Of a DNA stretch of 64,000 bases, positions 1 to 11,852 are shown piece by piece; position 1 is the first letter of the stretch, and each line of letters begins with the position of its first letter. The position numbers and the translations under genes are program-made. The DNA comes from Chlorokybus atmophyticus (Eukaryota > Plantae > Mesostigma and Chlorokybus algae), in NCBI GenBank assembly GCA_009103225.1, contig RHPI01003156.1:19880-83879 (forward strand), given 5' to 3'. The notes below the pieces were generated by a model. It was given only the letters and a program-made list of their open reading frames with translations. It did not search any database and had not been told where the DNA came from.

Positions 1-67
<67 letters not shown>
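1..67. repeat. (GA)n microsatellite, truncated by window start; lies in an intron of the RING gene, where it reads (TC)n on the sense strand
   Basis: Pure GA dinucleotide run seen directly. Confidence 0.95.
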
Positions 68-69
<2 letters not shown>

Positions 70-152
70 CACACAAACAGACACGCTCTCATTTGCATCT
101 GCATTTGTGCATGCCAATGTGTTTGAGAGCGACGTGCTGCATGAAGTGTTAC

Positions 153-2281
153 CTGCACAAACAGCGGTGCACGCAAGGGTTGCAGAGTGCGACGGCAGGC
201 GCCTCCATGCACACCTGCAGATTGACAGACATACGTTTGCATGTACGCATGCAGGTGACATACCATCGCATTCACGCGCGCGCGCGCGCGCACGCACACG
301 CACACACACACTCTCTCTCACCAGGCACTCCTCCAGCTGCTCCAGCCTTGCAAAACTCCCAGGACTGATCACCCCTCCTCCTCCTTCTGCCCCCTCCCCA
401 ACCGGGCTCGTCACCACCTCCACGACGCGCTCCTCCCTCTTCACGCTGTCCTCATACAACCCATGCGCACTGCTGTGCTGAGCAACATTGGTGTTGTTAC
501 TGTTGGGTGCGGTTGAGAGCGCCAAAGCCAACTCTATTTGCGCTCTGTACAAGTCCTCGTTCGAGTCCTGGCTGGGGCGGGGTTGTGATTGGGGGTGGGG
601 TTGGGGTGGATGGGTCCTGGGATGGGATCCAGGGGCGACGGGGGGCCAGGGCTCACCCAGGGACCGAGCAATGGCTTCCTGCAGGTGGAATAGGTGGGTG
701 TGTGCGCGCGTGCGTGTGTGTATGGTCATGTACAAGTGCACTGACATGCAGCATACTGTGTCAGTGTTGACAAGTCAAGCACCTGGAGAGCGAGTTCTTC
801 TGTTGGTGCCGGTGGGTCCTCCACATGTATGTGTATCACCCGCTGTTGCTGTTGTGGTTGTTGTTGCAATGGTTGTTGTGCATGCATGTGTTCTTGCTCT
901 CCCAATGCTCGTGAGCCCTGCACACAACATGTCAGTAGATGCTTTTTCTTGCAGTGAGACTATCTCTCTTGCATCTACCACTCACCAATATGCTGGAGAA
1001 GCCCCATTGCCAAGTGTTGCACGAATGCACCCAACACGCGATCTACAACAGGAAACAAGTTGGTTGTTAAGGTGTAATACATTATGTTGGTCACGCATGA
1101 TGTGTCGTTGCACAAGTAACAAAGCACACACCGCGAGGACGACAACAGCGGTGAGCAGCCCCCGCACTTGCTTTAAGCGCGCAACATCCTGATGAACATC
1201 CCGATATTATGTGGTTGAGTGTGTTGCAGTTGCAGTTGCAATCATGTTTGTGTTGATTCGCTAACCATCAACTGCCTGCACCTGGTCGCGGACATAATCG
1301 CCTTCGGTGAGAGAGTCCGCCACACGAGTGAACTGTAGAGCGTGAGTGTGAGCATGCGTGTGTACATGCGTGTAAGGCTGAGAGTGTAAGCGTGTCTTCA
1401 AGAGATAGATTACGCGTCAAAAGTGCATGCATGTGCGTGTGCGCATGTTTGTGCGATTAAGCACCATGATCTGTCATACAAATCTTCAAAGAGCGTTCTA
1501 TGTCTTACCTTTGTGTAGAACTGATGGACTATCACGCCGTTGAGCATGGCGATGATAGTCAGCATAACCGCACGCTGAGGTTGAAGTCTTGATCAGGGAA
1601 CAACAACAACAACAACAATGACATTGTTGACCGTTGCAGTCATCAGTTTGTATTCAGTGATGACTTAGGATACGAGGCATATGCGGCTGCGCTCTCGTCT
1701 TGTGTACATGCCCACCGCGCCCGACACGCCCATTAGGGCTGTGGAGGTCTCCAGGATTATGAGAGTCCTGAGAGCGTTGTTGTACATTGTGAGTGTTGTT
1801 GCAAGGCAAACAGTGCTTACGAGAGCACACGCACGCATCCGCTTACACGCAGCTACGGACACGCTCACACGTGCTCACATGCACGCACACACATGCGCGC
1901 GCGTGCGCACATGTACTCACATACGCAAGCGCACACGCGCATAGCCACACATGTGCGCATGTGTTCGTGTGCAATCATATGCGCACGCACACGTCACCCC
2001 CACATATGCAAACAAGAACAAACGTACACACATGCTTGCGTACGCACGCGCGTCCTTTACCATGTTGTCTGTCTATTGGGCCAGTCCACCAACACCAGCA
2101 ATATCAGTATGACGCCCAGCGCACACCCCTGCAGATAAAGTATCAAGTTCACAACCTATCATGACCTTATCATGTTGATCAACATCAGCATCAGCATCAA
2201 GAAAGAGGCACTTACTGCCATGGCGGCGTAGATGGTGCACACGAGGAGTCTCAAAGCCAGGGCGAACCTGGTCTGCTCCAT
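153..2281 (-). CDS. Multi-exon membrane protein: tetraspanin-like 4-TM region, two UIM-like motifs and a C-terminal C3HC4 RING finger (3' end lies off-window)
   Basis: Manually spliced GT-AG exons give MEQTRFALALRLLVCTIYAAMA|VVNLILYLQGCALGVILILLVLVD..|..LMGVSGAVGMYTRRERSRICL|RAVMLTIIAMLNGVIVHQFYTK|FTRVADSLTEGDYVRDQ|DVARLKQVRGLLTAVVVLA|IACWVHSC..|..PTEELALQ|EAIARSL..EDLYRAQIELALALST..LEECL|VCMEAPAVALCNPCVHRCLCR. The spacing C-x2-C-x10-C-x-H-x3-C matches RING-HC as far as visible. Confidence 0.75.
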
Positions 2282-2978
2282 TGTATGTGTGTGTGCAAAA
2301 CACCAGATACACTACCAAACAATCGACCAGCTCTCTTCCTCTTGCACCCCCAAACAAAGCAATGCTCAAGTGTACAACACTTGCTTGCGATTGAAACACA
2401 TCTGTCCTGTTGCTGGCTGCGCAACTGGCTACTACTATATGGTACAAGTATGATTCATCAAAGCAATGTGCACTATGGTGTGTAGGACGCTATGTGTATG
2501 TGTAAGCAGAGTAGTAGTAGAGATGTGGTTATACGAACACTATACAGTCAGGAGCTGTTAGTGATGAGTGCCAAGTGCATCTCCTACAACTCTCTCAACT
2601 CTCCTACCAGTACCCTGCTCACTGCGCCTGCGCCTGTGCGCTAGGTATAGGTCAACAGATAGGGCAGGGCTATAAACTATACCTAGCAAACCCCACAGCA
2701 ATAATTAACAAGTCTTCACAGTGCCGTACAATCCGCAACAATCCGCAAAAGTGGGCCGCACTTCAACGCCGCATAATGTCACGTGCCTCGCAGCAGTTGA
2801 CTGATTTTGTTCACCTTTTTGCCAATGAAAAGGTAGAAAACGTACCAGGTACCCTAAAGGTCACCCTTCCGAGACATGACTCATCAAGAAGCCTTGGGTA
2901 TAGAAATACAATGGCTCCTAGCGTTGCCCGGGGTACAAGAATAACACAATTGGCTGCGGTTTGAGCATTTGGTTGTAC

Positions 2979-5900
2979 ATGTGGGCGGTGTCCATGGCGA
3001 CGGCGGCGATGGCAGGAGTGGCGGTGGGCCCAGGGTTAGCTCCGCCACCCGCAGGGCTGCTGCGGAGGCGGGAGAGGAGGCAGCCGGGTCGGCGCCGGCC
3101 GGCGGTTGTGTCCTCTTCAGCTCAGGACAACAACGGCCCTCAGCAGCAGCAGCATGACGCCGCCGTTGGCGGCAATGGAGTCGGCGGCAATGGCCGCACA
3201 ATCAGCCTCATGCAGAAGATCCTCAGCGATGAGATCCCTTTCCTGCCCAAACCGGAGCCCGACTCTCACTTCAGGCCGCACGGACTGGCCGCGCCCGCAG
3301 GCTCGGCTCCAGATCGCAAGGTGACGGTGCATTAGGGTTTAACTGCATGCATTGGAGTGTCGACATACGACATTTGTACGGAATTGCATGCATGCAGTTG
3401 TGTGCAAGTGTTTCTCTTGTTGTGTGGGGTGCTAGAGCGTAATGTGCATGCAAGTACACTGAATGCATGTTGCGTCGCATGCTTTGAGTTGGTTAGCGTA
3501 GTTCTTGAAACCGGATCTTGACAAACAGTAGGACTCGTAGCGTGTTCTTGATTTGCATTCTCTGCATGCCTGATTTGGCCCCTACCTTGCCTATCTTCGG
3601 TCCATGTTGCCTAACTCCACGCATGGTTTCAATGCTATCCACAACAGGTACGCATGGGCATTCATCCTGTCCACAGCATATGTTGATGCTTGCATATGTA
3701 GTCAAGTAAGGTTTTTGTCATGCGTGGATTGTGATGCTGAAAGGCGTTGTGTTTTGGCTTCGGGGCGTTTGGTTGTGTTAGACCTTCTTACATCAGAAGG
3801 TTGCTGCAGAAGAGTAAATACCTCTGTCAACTTGCAAGAAGCGAATGTGGCCAAATGCAGCTATGCTGTTACCAAATGAAGTGTAGTAGCTGTTGCATGC
3901 CAACATTGCTTATGGATGCATACGGAACAACTCATGAACACGTGCACGCAGGGCACCGATTGGCGCAAGCTGTGGCCACGGTTCGTGGAAGTGGCAGCGC
4001 CTTACTGGCAGTCAGAAGACAAGGCAAGTCTGTCTGCTTCATATTTGCACACAATATTGTTAAGCAACAAGACTTACGTAATTGATACGCATAATTCGAG
4101 AGTACGCATCCAAACTTTAGCAGTGGACCATGTCATTACGCCCTAGTGGTCATGTTCTAAGGCGGCAGCATATGCAAGACTGGCGGGAGTATTTGGCTTG
4201 ACGCTCGCAACAACGGGAATAAGTGTGGGTTTCAACTTCCTCGGGCGCGACTTTTACAATGCATTGTCTTCAAAGAATGCCGATCTCTTCACGAAGGAAC
4301 TCACACTCTACCTTGGAGCGTTTATAGTGGGCATCCCCGTGTTTGTTGTCCGGGACTTCTACAAGTATGTATCGAGTGTGTGCGGGGACGAGCAAACAGC
4401 CGCACTGTGTGTGCATCTGAGTCCTTGTTCGGGGCCGTGATGGTGATGTTGCACAGCGTGTCAGGGACAAGCTCGCCGTGAGGTGGCGCGCGTGGATGAC
4501 ATCGCACATACTTGGAAAGTACTTTGCCCAGCGCCGCTTCTACAGTGTCCAGGTGTGTTTCTTGTTCACTTTTGAGTTGCACAAGGTGCGCGCGTGCGTG
4601 CTTGCAAGTGTGTGTGCGTGTGCGTGCGTGCGTGCGCGCGTCCGCGTATCTGAGTGCGCAGATGTGTGGGTGTGCGTAACCGGTTTGTGATGTGGGTCCA
4701 CAGTCACAGCAACTGGTGGACAACCCTGACCAGCGTATAGTGGACGACATAGCGTCGTTTACTGGGACTTCTCTTGGGTTCTCGCTGGCCTTGTTCAATG
4801 CAGGGATCGACCTTGCCTCTTTCTCATCCATCCTGTACTCCATCTACCCTCCACTCTTTGTCGCTTTGATTCTTTATGCCGTGGGTGGTACAGGCATCAG
4901 TGTCTTCCTTGGCAAGGTTGGTTCAACAACTCTTGGTTGAGTACTTGGTTAACTCGACCGATGTTGGACAGTTGAGTCTGTTTTGGTCGCGATACGTGGC
5001 GCTTTGGTGATATGTGCCTTGCATGAGGTAGTATAACATGCTCATAGTGCATACTGTCTTGCAGGGGCTGGTGTCGTTGAACTTTGTGCAAGAGAAGAGG
5101 GAGGCCGACTTCCGTTACTCGTTGGTGAGGGTGCGAGAGAACGCAGAGGCAATCGCGTTTTATGGCGGGGAGGCTTCCGAGACCCACGTGCTCTTGCAGC
5201 GCTTCCGACGCTCCTTTGACAACTATCTCCGCCTGCTGGTGGCTTCACGTAATTTAGACTTCTTCACCACTGGCTACAGGTGTGTTTGATGAACATAATG
5301 CGTCGGGCTTGTCCATGCACATGCAAATACGTTTGCGTGTGTGGATGGGTGCATGTGGTTTGATATCGTTCTTGGTGTGCAGATACTTGATACAGTTGTT
5401 GCCGGCGGCGGTTGTGGCACCCTTGTACTTTAGAGGTGAGATTGAGTTTGGCGTTATCAACCAGTCCTTCAGCGCGTTCAACCACATATTGTCCGACTTC
5501 TCACTTGTCGTATATCAGTTTCAGGTAAGGCTGTTTTGTCCATGTGTGCTACTCGCATGTGTGTGTGTGCGATGTTGATCGCTCAAACATCCTTGCTTGG
5601 CATGCGCAGGCGTTGTCAGCATTCTCAGCCGTTGTTGATCGGCTCGGCGAGTTTGTCGATGTCTTAGAAACAGATGAGAGCGCAGCAGGCAACAACGGCA
5701 CACACACCCTCATCAACCTGGAAGAGATGGCAGAGTCAACATCAGCACATGACCCTCTGCTGTCCATCAACAGTCTCAAGCTCTGCACGCCCAATGGCGG
5801 CTCGACACTCGTGCAGGACTTGTCCCTGGATGTTGCTCAGGGCAGCCCTGTTCTGGTACATACATAGAGTTGTTGTTTACAATGTTCTCCAGCTCTTCAA

Positions 5901-6911
5901 GGTCATCGTCAATTAATGCTGATGGTTTTGTCTGTGTCCAGGTGATGGGGCCAAGTGGCAGTGGCAAGACTTCTTTGCTGCGTGCGATAGCGGGGTTGTG
6001 GCGTGTGGGTGAGGGGTCCATAATTAGACGAGTTGTGGACCCAACCGTAAAGCATGCAGACAACAGCAGCCTCGTTTTCTTCGTGCCGCAGCGGCCGTAC
6101 ATGATTCTCGGCAGCCTCCGCGAACAGATGCTTTACCCAACATGGACCGGCAGCTCTGGTAAGCATCACGTGTTGTGCACTAGAGTTGACCACAATCTTA
6201 GCCAACTTGCCTGATGCATGTGTTGCATGGCTATGAGCAGAAGGAAAGCTGGACAGCAGGCCAGTGCCCACTGATGAAGAATTGGTGGAGGCGCTGGAAA
6301 CAGTGCGGTTGACAGGTATGCTATTGTGTTCAGCCTCACACACGCATGCGAGCATGGGCGTATCTGTGTGCCCATGCGTGCTGTGTATTTGTGTGCGTCT
6401 GCACGTGTGTGCATTATGCACTGAGCACTCATGCAATGCTGTGTACATGCTCAATTGTGTGTGCTTCAGGCCTTACGCAGAGGGTAGGTGGCTTGGATGC
6501 CCTGACAGAGTGGAGCAGCGTGTTGTCCCTCGGCGAGCAACAGCGCCTGGCATTCGCCCGCCTCCTGCTCGCTAAGCCCCGCCTCGCCCTCCTCGACGAG
6601 TCCACGAGTGCTCTCGACTCTGAGAACGAGGTAAGCACGTTGCATACTTCAGCTTCAACAATGTGATGACACTCACTTGCTTCCTTTTCTGGCAGGAGCA
6701 CTTGTACAAGTTACTGGCATCCTCTGGCATCACCTACGTCAGCGTGGGACATCGCACAAGCCTGCGAAGGTATCATCACCGCATGCTTCAGCTGCAGGGC
6801 CCCACACGGGACGGGGGCTGGCAGGTGGAAGATTTGCAGGGAGTTGGGGAGGGTGACAATGAGAATGGAGCTGCAATTGTGGAGAACAAGGCTGCTGCAG
6901 TTCCCACTTAG
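2979..6911 (+). CDS. ABCD: ABC transporter subfamily D half-transporter with probable plastid transit peptide (plant ABCD2-like)
   Basis: Exons encode [28 protein letters not shown]-like motif [24 protein letters not shown], Walker [10 protein letters not shown], signature [13 protein letters not shown], Walker [13 protein letters not shown] and SVGHR; Ala/Arg/Ser-rich N-terminus; TAG stop at 6909-6911. Confidence 0.95.
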
Positions 6912-7523
6912 CTTATGGATTCAGGAATGCATGGTTGTTTATACAGTTGTATAGTAGAGTGTTGACTGCTAGACAGCAATAACTGGTCACTGCTACTACT
7001 GTGTAAGTTGTCGCTTTGCTGCATGCATTTGCAGTAAAAGCCTTGTACATGCTCGTGGAGTGTGTCACTGTATATATGAGGCTCACAGCGTATGAGCCAC
7101 ATATACAGTTAATCGCTGTGTGCCATTTGCTAGGCTGGTCATGTAAACAACCCATCACCAGATTACTATATGCCAGAAATTTCATATGCAATCCAAACCA
7201 ATCCTGAGTCGCAAATAAGCAGATGTGTCTTGGCGTATGACAAGCCTCTGCTCGCCATCTTAACGTGTCACACGATTACGCGCGCACAGGCACCACAGCA
7301 TGCAGACACCATGCACACGCAGCATGCAGTTGACCACAGGTGAATAGTTAGTGTCGTACTTAGTGGCTAGCAGTAGGTTAGCATGTAGCCCGGTGGTGTT
7401 GTATGTGAGAGTGTGCGAGTGATGATGTACTGACTGTATGTATGTGAATGCGGTGTGCCTGGCATGCATGAAACCCGCGTTGCATCTTTTGTACACACAC
7501 TTGCTCTGACCACAAATATCCCC

Positions 7524-7830
7524 NNNNNNNNNNNNNNNNNNNNNNNNNNNNNNNNNNNNNNNNNNNNNNNNNNNNNNNNNNNNNNNNNNNNNNNNNNNNN
7601 NNNNNNNNNNNNNNNNNNNNNNNNNNNNNNNNNNNNNNNNNNNNNNNNNNNNNNNNNNNNNNNNNNNNNNNNNNNNNNNNNNNNNNNNNNNNNNNNNNNN
7701 NNNNNNNNNNNNNNNNNNNNNNNNNNNNNNNNNNNNNNNNNNNNNNNNNNNNNNNNNNNNNNNNNNNNNNNNNNNNNNNNNNNNNNNNNNNNNNNNNNNN
7801 NNNNNNNNNNNNNNNNNNNNNNNNNNNNNN
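7524..7830. other. Assembly gap (N run)
   Basis: Ns, flanked by C runs. Confidence 1.
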
Positions 7831-9498
7831 CCCCCTTGCATGCTGCGCATGCGTGCTGCCCGCAGGACGTGTTCATGGCAAAGCAATCATGAATGCCGTG
7901 CTTTAGACAAAGCAGAGTCTTACTTCCCTGCTACTTCCTACTACACGATGCTTGCTGCAGGCAACTACTGTAGGCGTATGCATGCATGAATTTTGGAGTG
8001 GGGGCAGTGGGAGTAGCAAGCTACGTAGAAATAGGTAGCGTGTAGGTGGTTGAGCCCGGTGGTGCGTGTTGGGTGAGTGAATGGTGTAAATGTGTGTGCC
8101 ACTCTGCAGCATGTCGAACGTGTGCAAAGCGTGTGCAGGCTGCCATTGTTATGCTTCAGTACAGTAGCAGTCAACAAGTTGAACGTCTGGGATGATAGCC
8201 TGATTGTGACTGCTCACGACATTATCTCAAGTCGACTCGCACGCAATGCTGGCAGTATTGCGTTGTGACATGCACTGGCGTCGTGCACAACGCTCAACAA
8301 AGCTGGCCTTCAAACGTCATATGCCTTGTGCGATCTGCCGCCACAGCAGTCGTGCTGCCATGAGCCACCAACAAAGTGTCCGTCGCCACTGAGAGCGGCA
8401 GACGTCGCCAACCCAGCACCAAGCTACTCCGCCCAGGGCAGCTGCTAGCACACTGCTTTGCAGCTAGGCAGGTCCCTGCCGTCCGCCTCTGCCGAGATAG
8501 TCTGCCAGCGTTAGCGTCGCCACCAGCACCAGCACCACCTCTCCATCGCCGCCGCCGTCACAGGCCTCTGGGCTACTGCGCTCGCAGTGCTTTCGTGCTG
8601 TCACCAAGCATGGGGAGTGCATGCATGCATGCCCGCCTGCGGAACTCCGTTGAATACCGCAGCGTGCGACCCTGCTGCTTGCGGCCCTGCCTAAGCGTAG
8701 CTTAGCTGAGCTGACCTATAGCTCAGGTGGCGGTGGTGGTGGCGCCACAGGCGCAAGCTGCACTAGCGAGACAGGTCAAGCTGAACCTGCTCTTTGTTAA
8801 CTTGTGCAGTCAGGCGGAAGTGTGATGTTGTTGCCTAGCCAGAGCACGGCCACTATACGGCGCTTCAGTGCGAGCAAGGCGAGTGTGCTGTTGTCTTCAT
8901 GTGTCTGCTTTAGGCGACACTGGTCACAATGAAGCTGAAAATATGACCTTTTTGGCGTTGTTTGCTGGCCGAGCGTGTAAGGCAACCTAGATGTGTGCGC
9001 TTGCAAACATGCGAGGTGTTGTGTCAAGTCACCAGTGACGTCCAAAGCACTCCTTTTCGGTAAAGTGTCCTCAGCATGTCAGCACGCTCCGTCCATGTAA
9101 GTCCGGTAGTGCCTCAGGCTGTACACGGTAACTGTGGATACGCGTGCAGTTGATGCAGTGTGCTGCACTGCAGTACGTAACACACGGTTGTACACATAGC
9201 ATACAACACGTCACGGTGGTTGGCTATGCAAGGATTGAAAGCGCTATTAGTACGGCAGTTTGTGTCTGGCAACACGTCACGTTCTCGACGACATTCTTCG
9301 GATAACCAGCAACTGTGTGCAAAGTACAAGTGTACAATGCGTTGAGTTTAAACAATGGTACAATTGTACGCTGGTTCGCACCGCAAGCGCTTACATGCAC
9401 CGCGTTCAAACAAGGTGTGCATAAAGTTTACATCGTAAGTGCATTCAGCTGCCTAGTGTGCGTGTGCCTCAGATTGCACATAGGCCTTGGTCTTGCAG

Positions 9499-10521
9499 GT
9501 CGTGACTACCGTCCCAGAGTGCAGCCTTGAGTTGGTGAAATTGTTCTGCCAACCCGTTTGTGGCGAGGAGGAGGTGCCACCAGGTGTCCCTCCTATGCCA
9601 GAACCATATTCTCATATCGAGTGCTGTGATCTTCCCCCCTTTCTGCATAACGCTGCGGTGGCCCCGCCATTGCCAGAGATCTCTCTATTGTAGGCAGCCC
9701 ATACTCCATCAGCCCCACCAATGTGATGATGGCGTACGCAGGTGTGACAAGAGTCCTGGGATCCATCGAGGGTGCCTTCACCCATTGATGAGAAGGGTGA
9801 GACAATTGGAGAAGGTAGTTGCCGCAAGTTGCAATGAGGGCCCGTTCTACACCAATGGCACCTGCAGTTGCATCAAATCCCTCATGCCGTTCTCCGTCAG
9901 CGGGATCAAGCTGACAGGGCTCGTGTCCTTTGGTACGAGCGCATTGGGTTGTGGCGGCGTGGACCTCGTATATCCTCCAGCAATCATTGCTATTTCCATC
10001 AACAAGAACAACGCGGCAGCCAACTACTTTGTTCGGCTTGACTTCGACCCACCATTCAGGTATGTCCATGTGCCAGTCTGTCTGTGCATGCAAGAGCAGG
10101 TGCGGCACGTATTTCATACAGTCCCACTGTTTTGCTTCAACCAATTCCAACTCTGATGCTGTGGTGCATTAACAGACCGCGTGCAAGCAGCAAATACGCG
10201 TGCCGCTGGCCTTTATTTAGCCTGCGACGCTGCTTGTTGATGCCTTTTGCCACTGACAAGAACCAGCGCAACATTCTTGAGTACCGGTACCCTGTCAGCC
10301 TCAGCATACTGCAGGCCCTTATATTACCGTACGCAAGCCTTGATGTGTCTGCAACCTCTATTTGCCCTGTCTCCTAGAGGTACTGTCATGTGTGTGTGTG
10401 TGTGTAGAACAACAAGCTGTGGAGGCGGCAACGGCGCTGCTGAACGCAGTTCGGGGGACATTTCCACTCTACGTCTGAGAGGTTTAAACCAATTGTCTCA
10501 CAGCTTTGAAAGTTCCAGACG
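9499..10521 (+). pseudogene. Exon-like fragments of a Cys-rich, possibly extracellular protein; may be a pseudogene or a gene I could not splice correctly
   Basis: Splice-flanked segments (ttgcag|GTCGTG at 9499; TTCAG|gtatgt near 10060; CG|gtgagt near 10521) encode CDDGVRRCDKSPGIHRGC..SCNEGPFYTNGTCSCIKS..GCGGVDLVYPPAIIAISINKNNAAANYFVRLDFDPPF; downstream frames hit stops. Confidence 0.35.
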
Positions 10522-11852
10522 GTGAGTGCATTGGCGCGAGAGCATCGTCCTTGAATGATCGCCTGACATGACACGCACAAGTTTTGTCATACAACAGCGG
10601 CATATGCTGACATAAAAGGTGCAAATGATAACGCTTCTGCTCTTTGCCAACAGTCCCGGGCCAGCTATCCGAATTTGCGTGCAACAACAATGAGGGCATC
10701 TGTGGCTTTACAGCATGCTGAAGTGCGCAGGACAACAATGGCTGATAGAACTGCCGTTGTAGGTTGACCGTTTGTGCTGAAGGACCATGGACATGTAGCA
10801 TGTGAAAGCTCTGTAAGCTGAGTGCGCGATGGCATTTTGTTTGGTGTGCTTCAAAGTCTTGGTGATTAGCTGGCCATATTGCATGACGACCTCTTATGCA
10901 TCGCTGGACTTCTGTACATGTGTATGACTACATAATAAGTGAACTTGAGTCAAATCATTATTGAGCTGACAGTTGTTGATTGGCTTTGTTGCTGTATAAC
11001 TTCAGGCGATAGCTGGCACAACCTAACATGCTCCCATCCTTGGCCTCAGCTACATGTTTGTGCACTGCGCAGATTGGCTCAGGCACGAATGACCATCAGT
11101 TAGAACAGAACATGAGAGATGATGACAGAGCATGCTTGCTGTATTGTGCTGTGTACTAGTCACGTGCATACAAGCAAAGGACAAGCGAGGACAGCCACGA
11201 GCTTGAGAACCTGTTTAACAAAGTGGTGCTGAACGTTGCCCTGCCCTGCTAGGCACAAACACCCTACCTGGAGTCTTCTGCTTGAGGGTGAAACAGCTGA
11301 AGGCATTTTGGCCGATCAACACACACCCTTCCTTATTGCAACGGCCATGTCGTGTTACGAACTCCCTCAACACCCAACAGATCGACCTGGAAGGCCATGC
11401 AGACTGCCCCTGCACAGGGTGTGTACCACCCGAGATAACACACTGCCATGTACTGGGTATCTATATGCCCAACCACGAGCACATGCATACATGTAAGGCA
11501 CATGAAACTGTCCCCGGTGTTTATTGCCCGCGCAGCTCAACTCAGCTCCGGTACACACCGTGGCATGACCACCAGCAGTGGGCTTCAGAAAAAGTCGAGG
11601 CGTCTGATTACGACAAATGGCCTGTCCAGTATAGCGCATGCACACGCGAACACAGCTCAAACCACCAGGCAGTCATGCATAAGGGGAGCGAAGCATGCTA
11701 ACTGCACCAGGCAGGAATAAGAACCGCGCCTGCATGTTGACAAATGGACAACACCAATGGTGATCAATGCGACCCTACCAATCTCGCAACCCCCTTCTGG
11801 ACATACTCAGCCAGCAACCTGCTGTGCAAACTAGTCTCACCCCATCCACTCC

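Noticed and set aside
7260-7892. ORFs spanning N runs (also near 20100-20390 and 47525-48043)
   Set aside because: They stay open only because Ns translate as X. The gaps sit next to C/G homopolymers, a typical short-read dropout.
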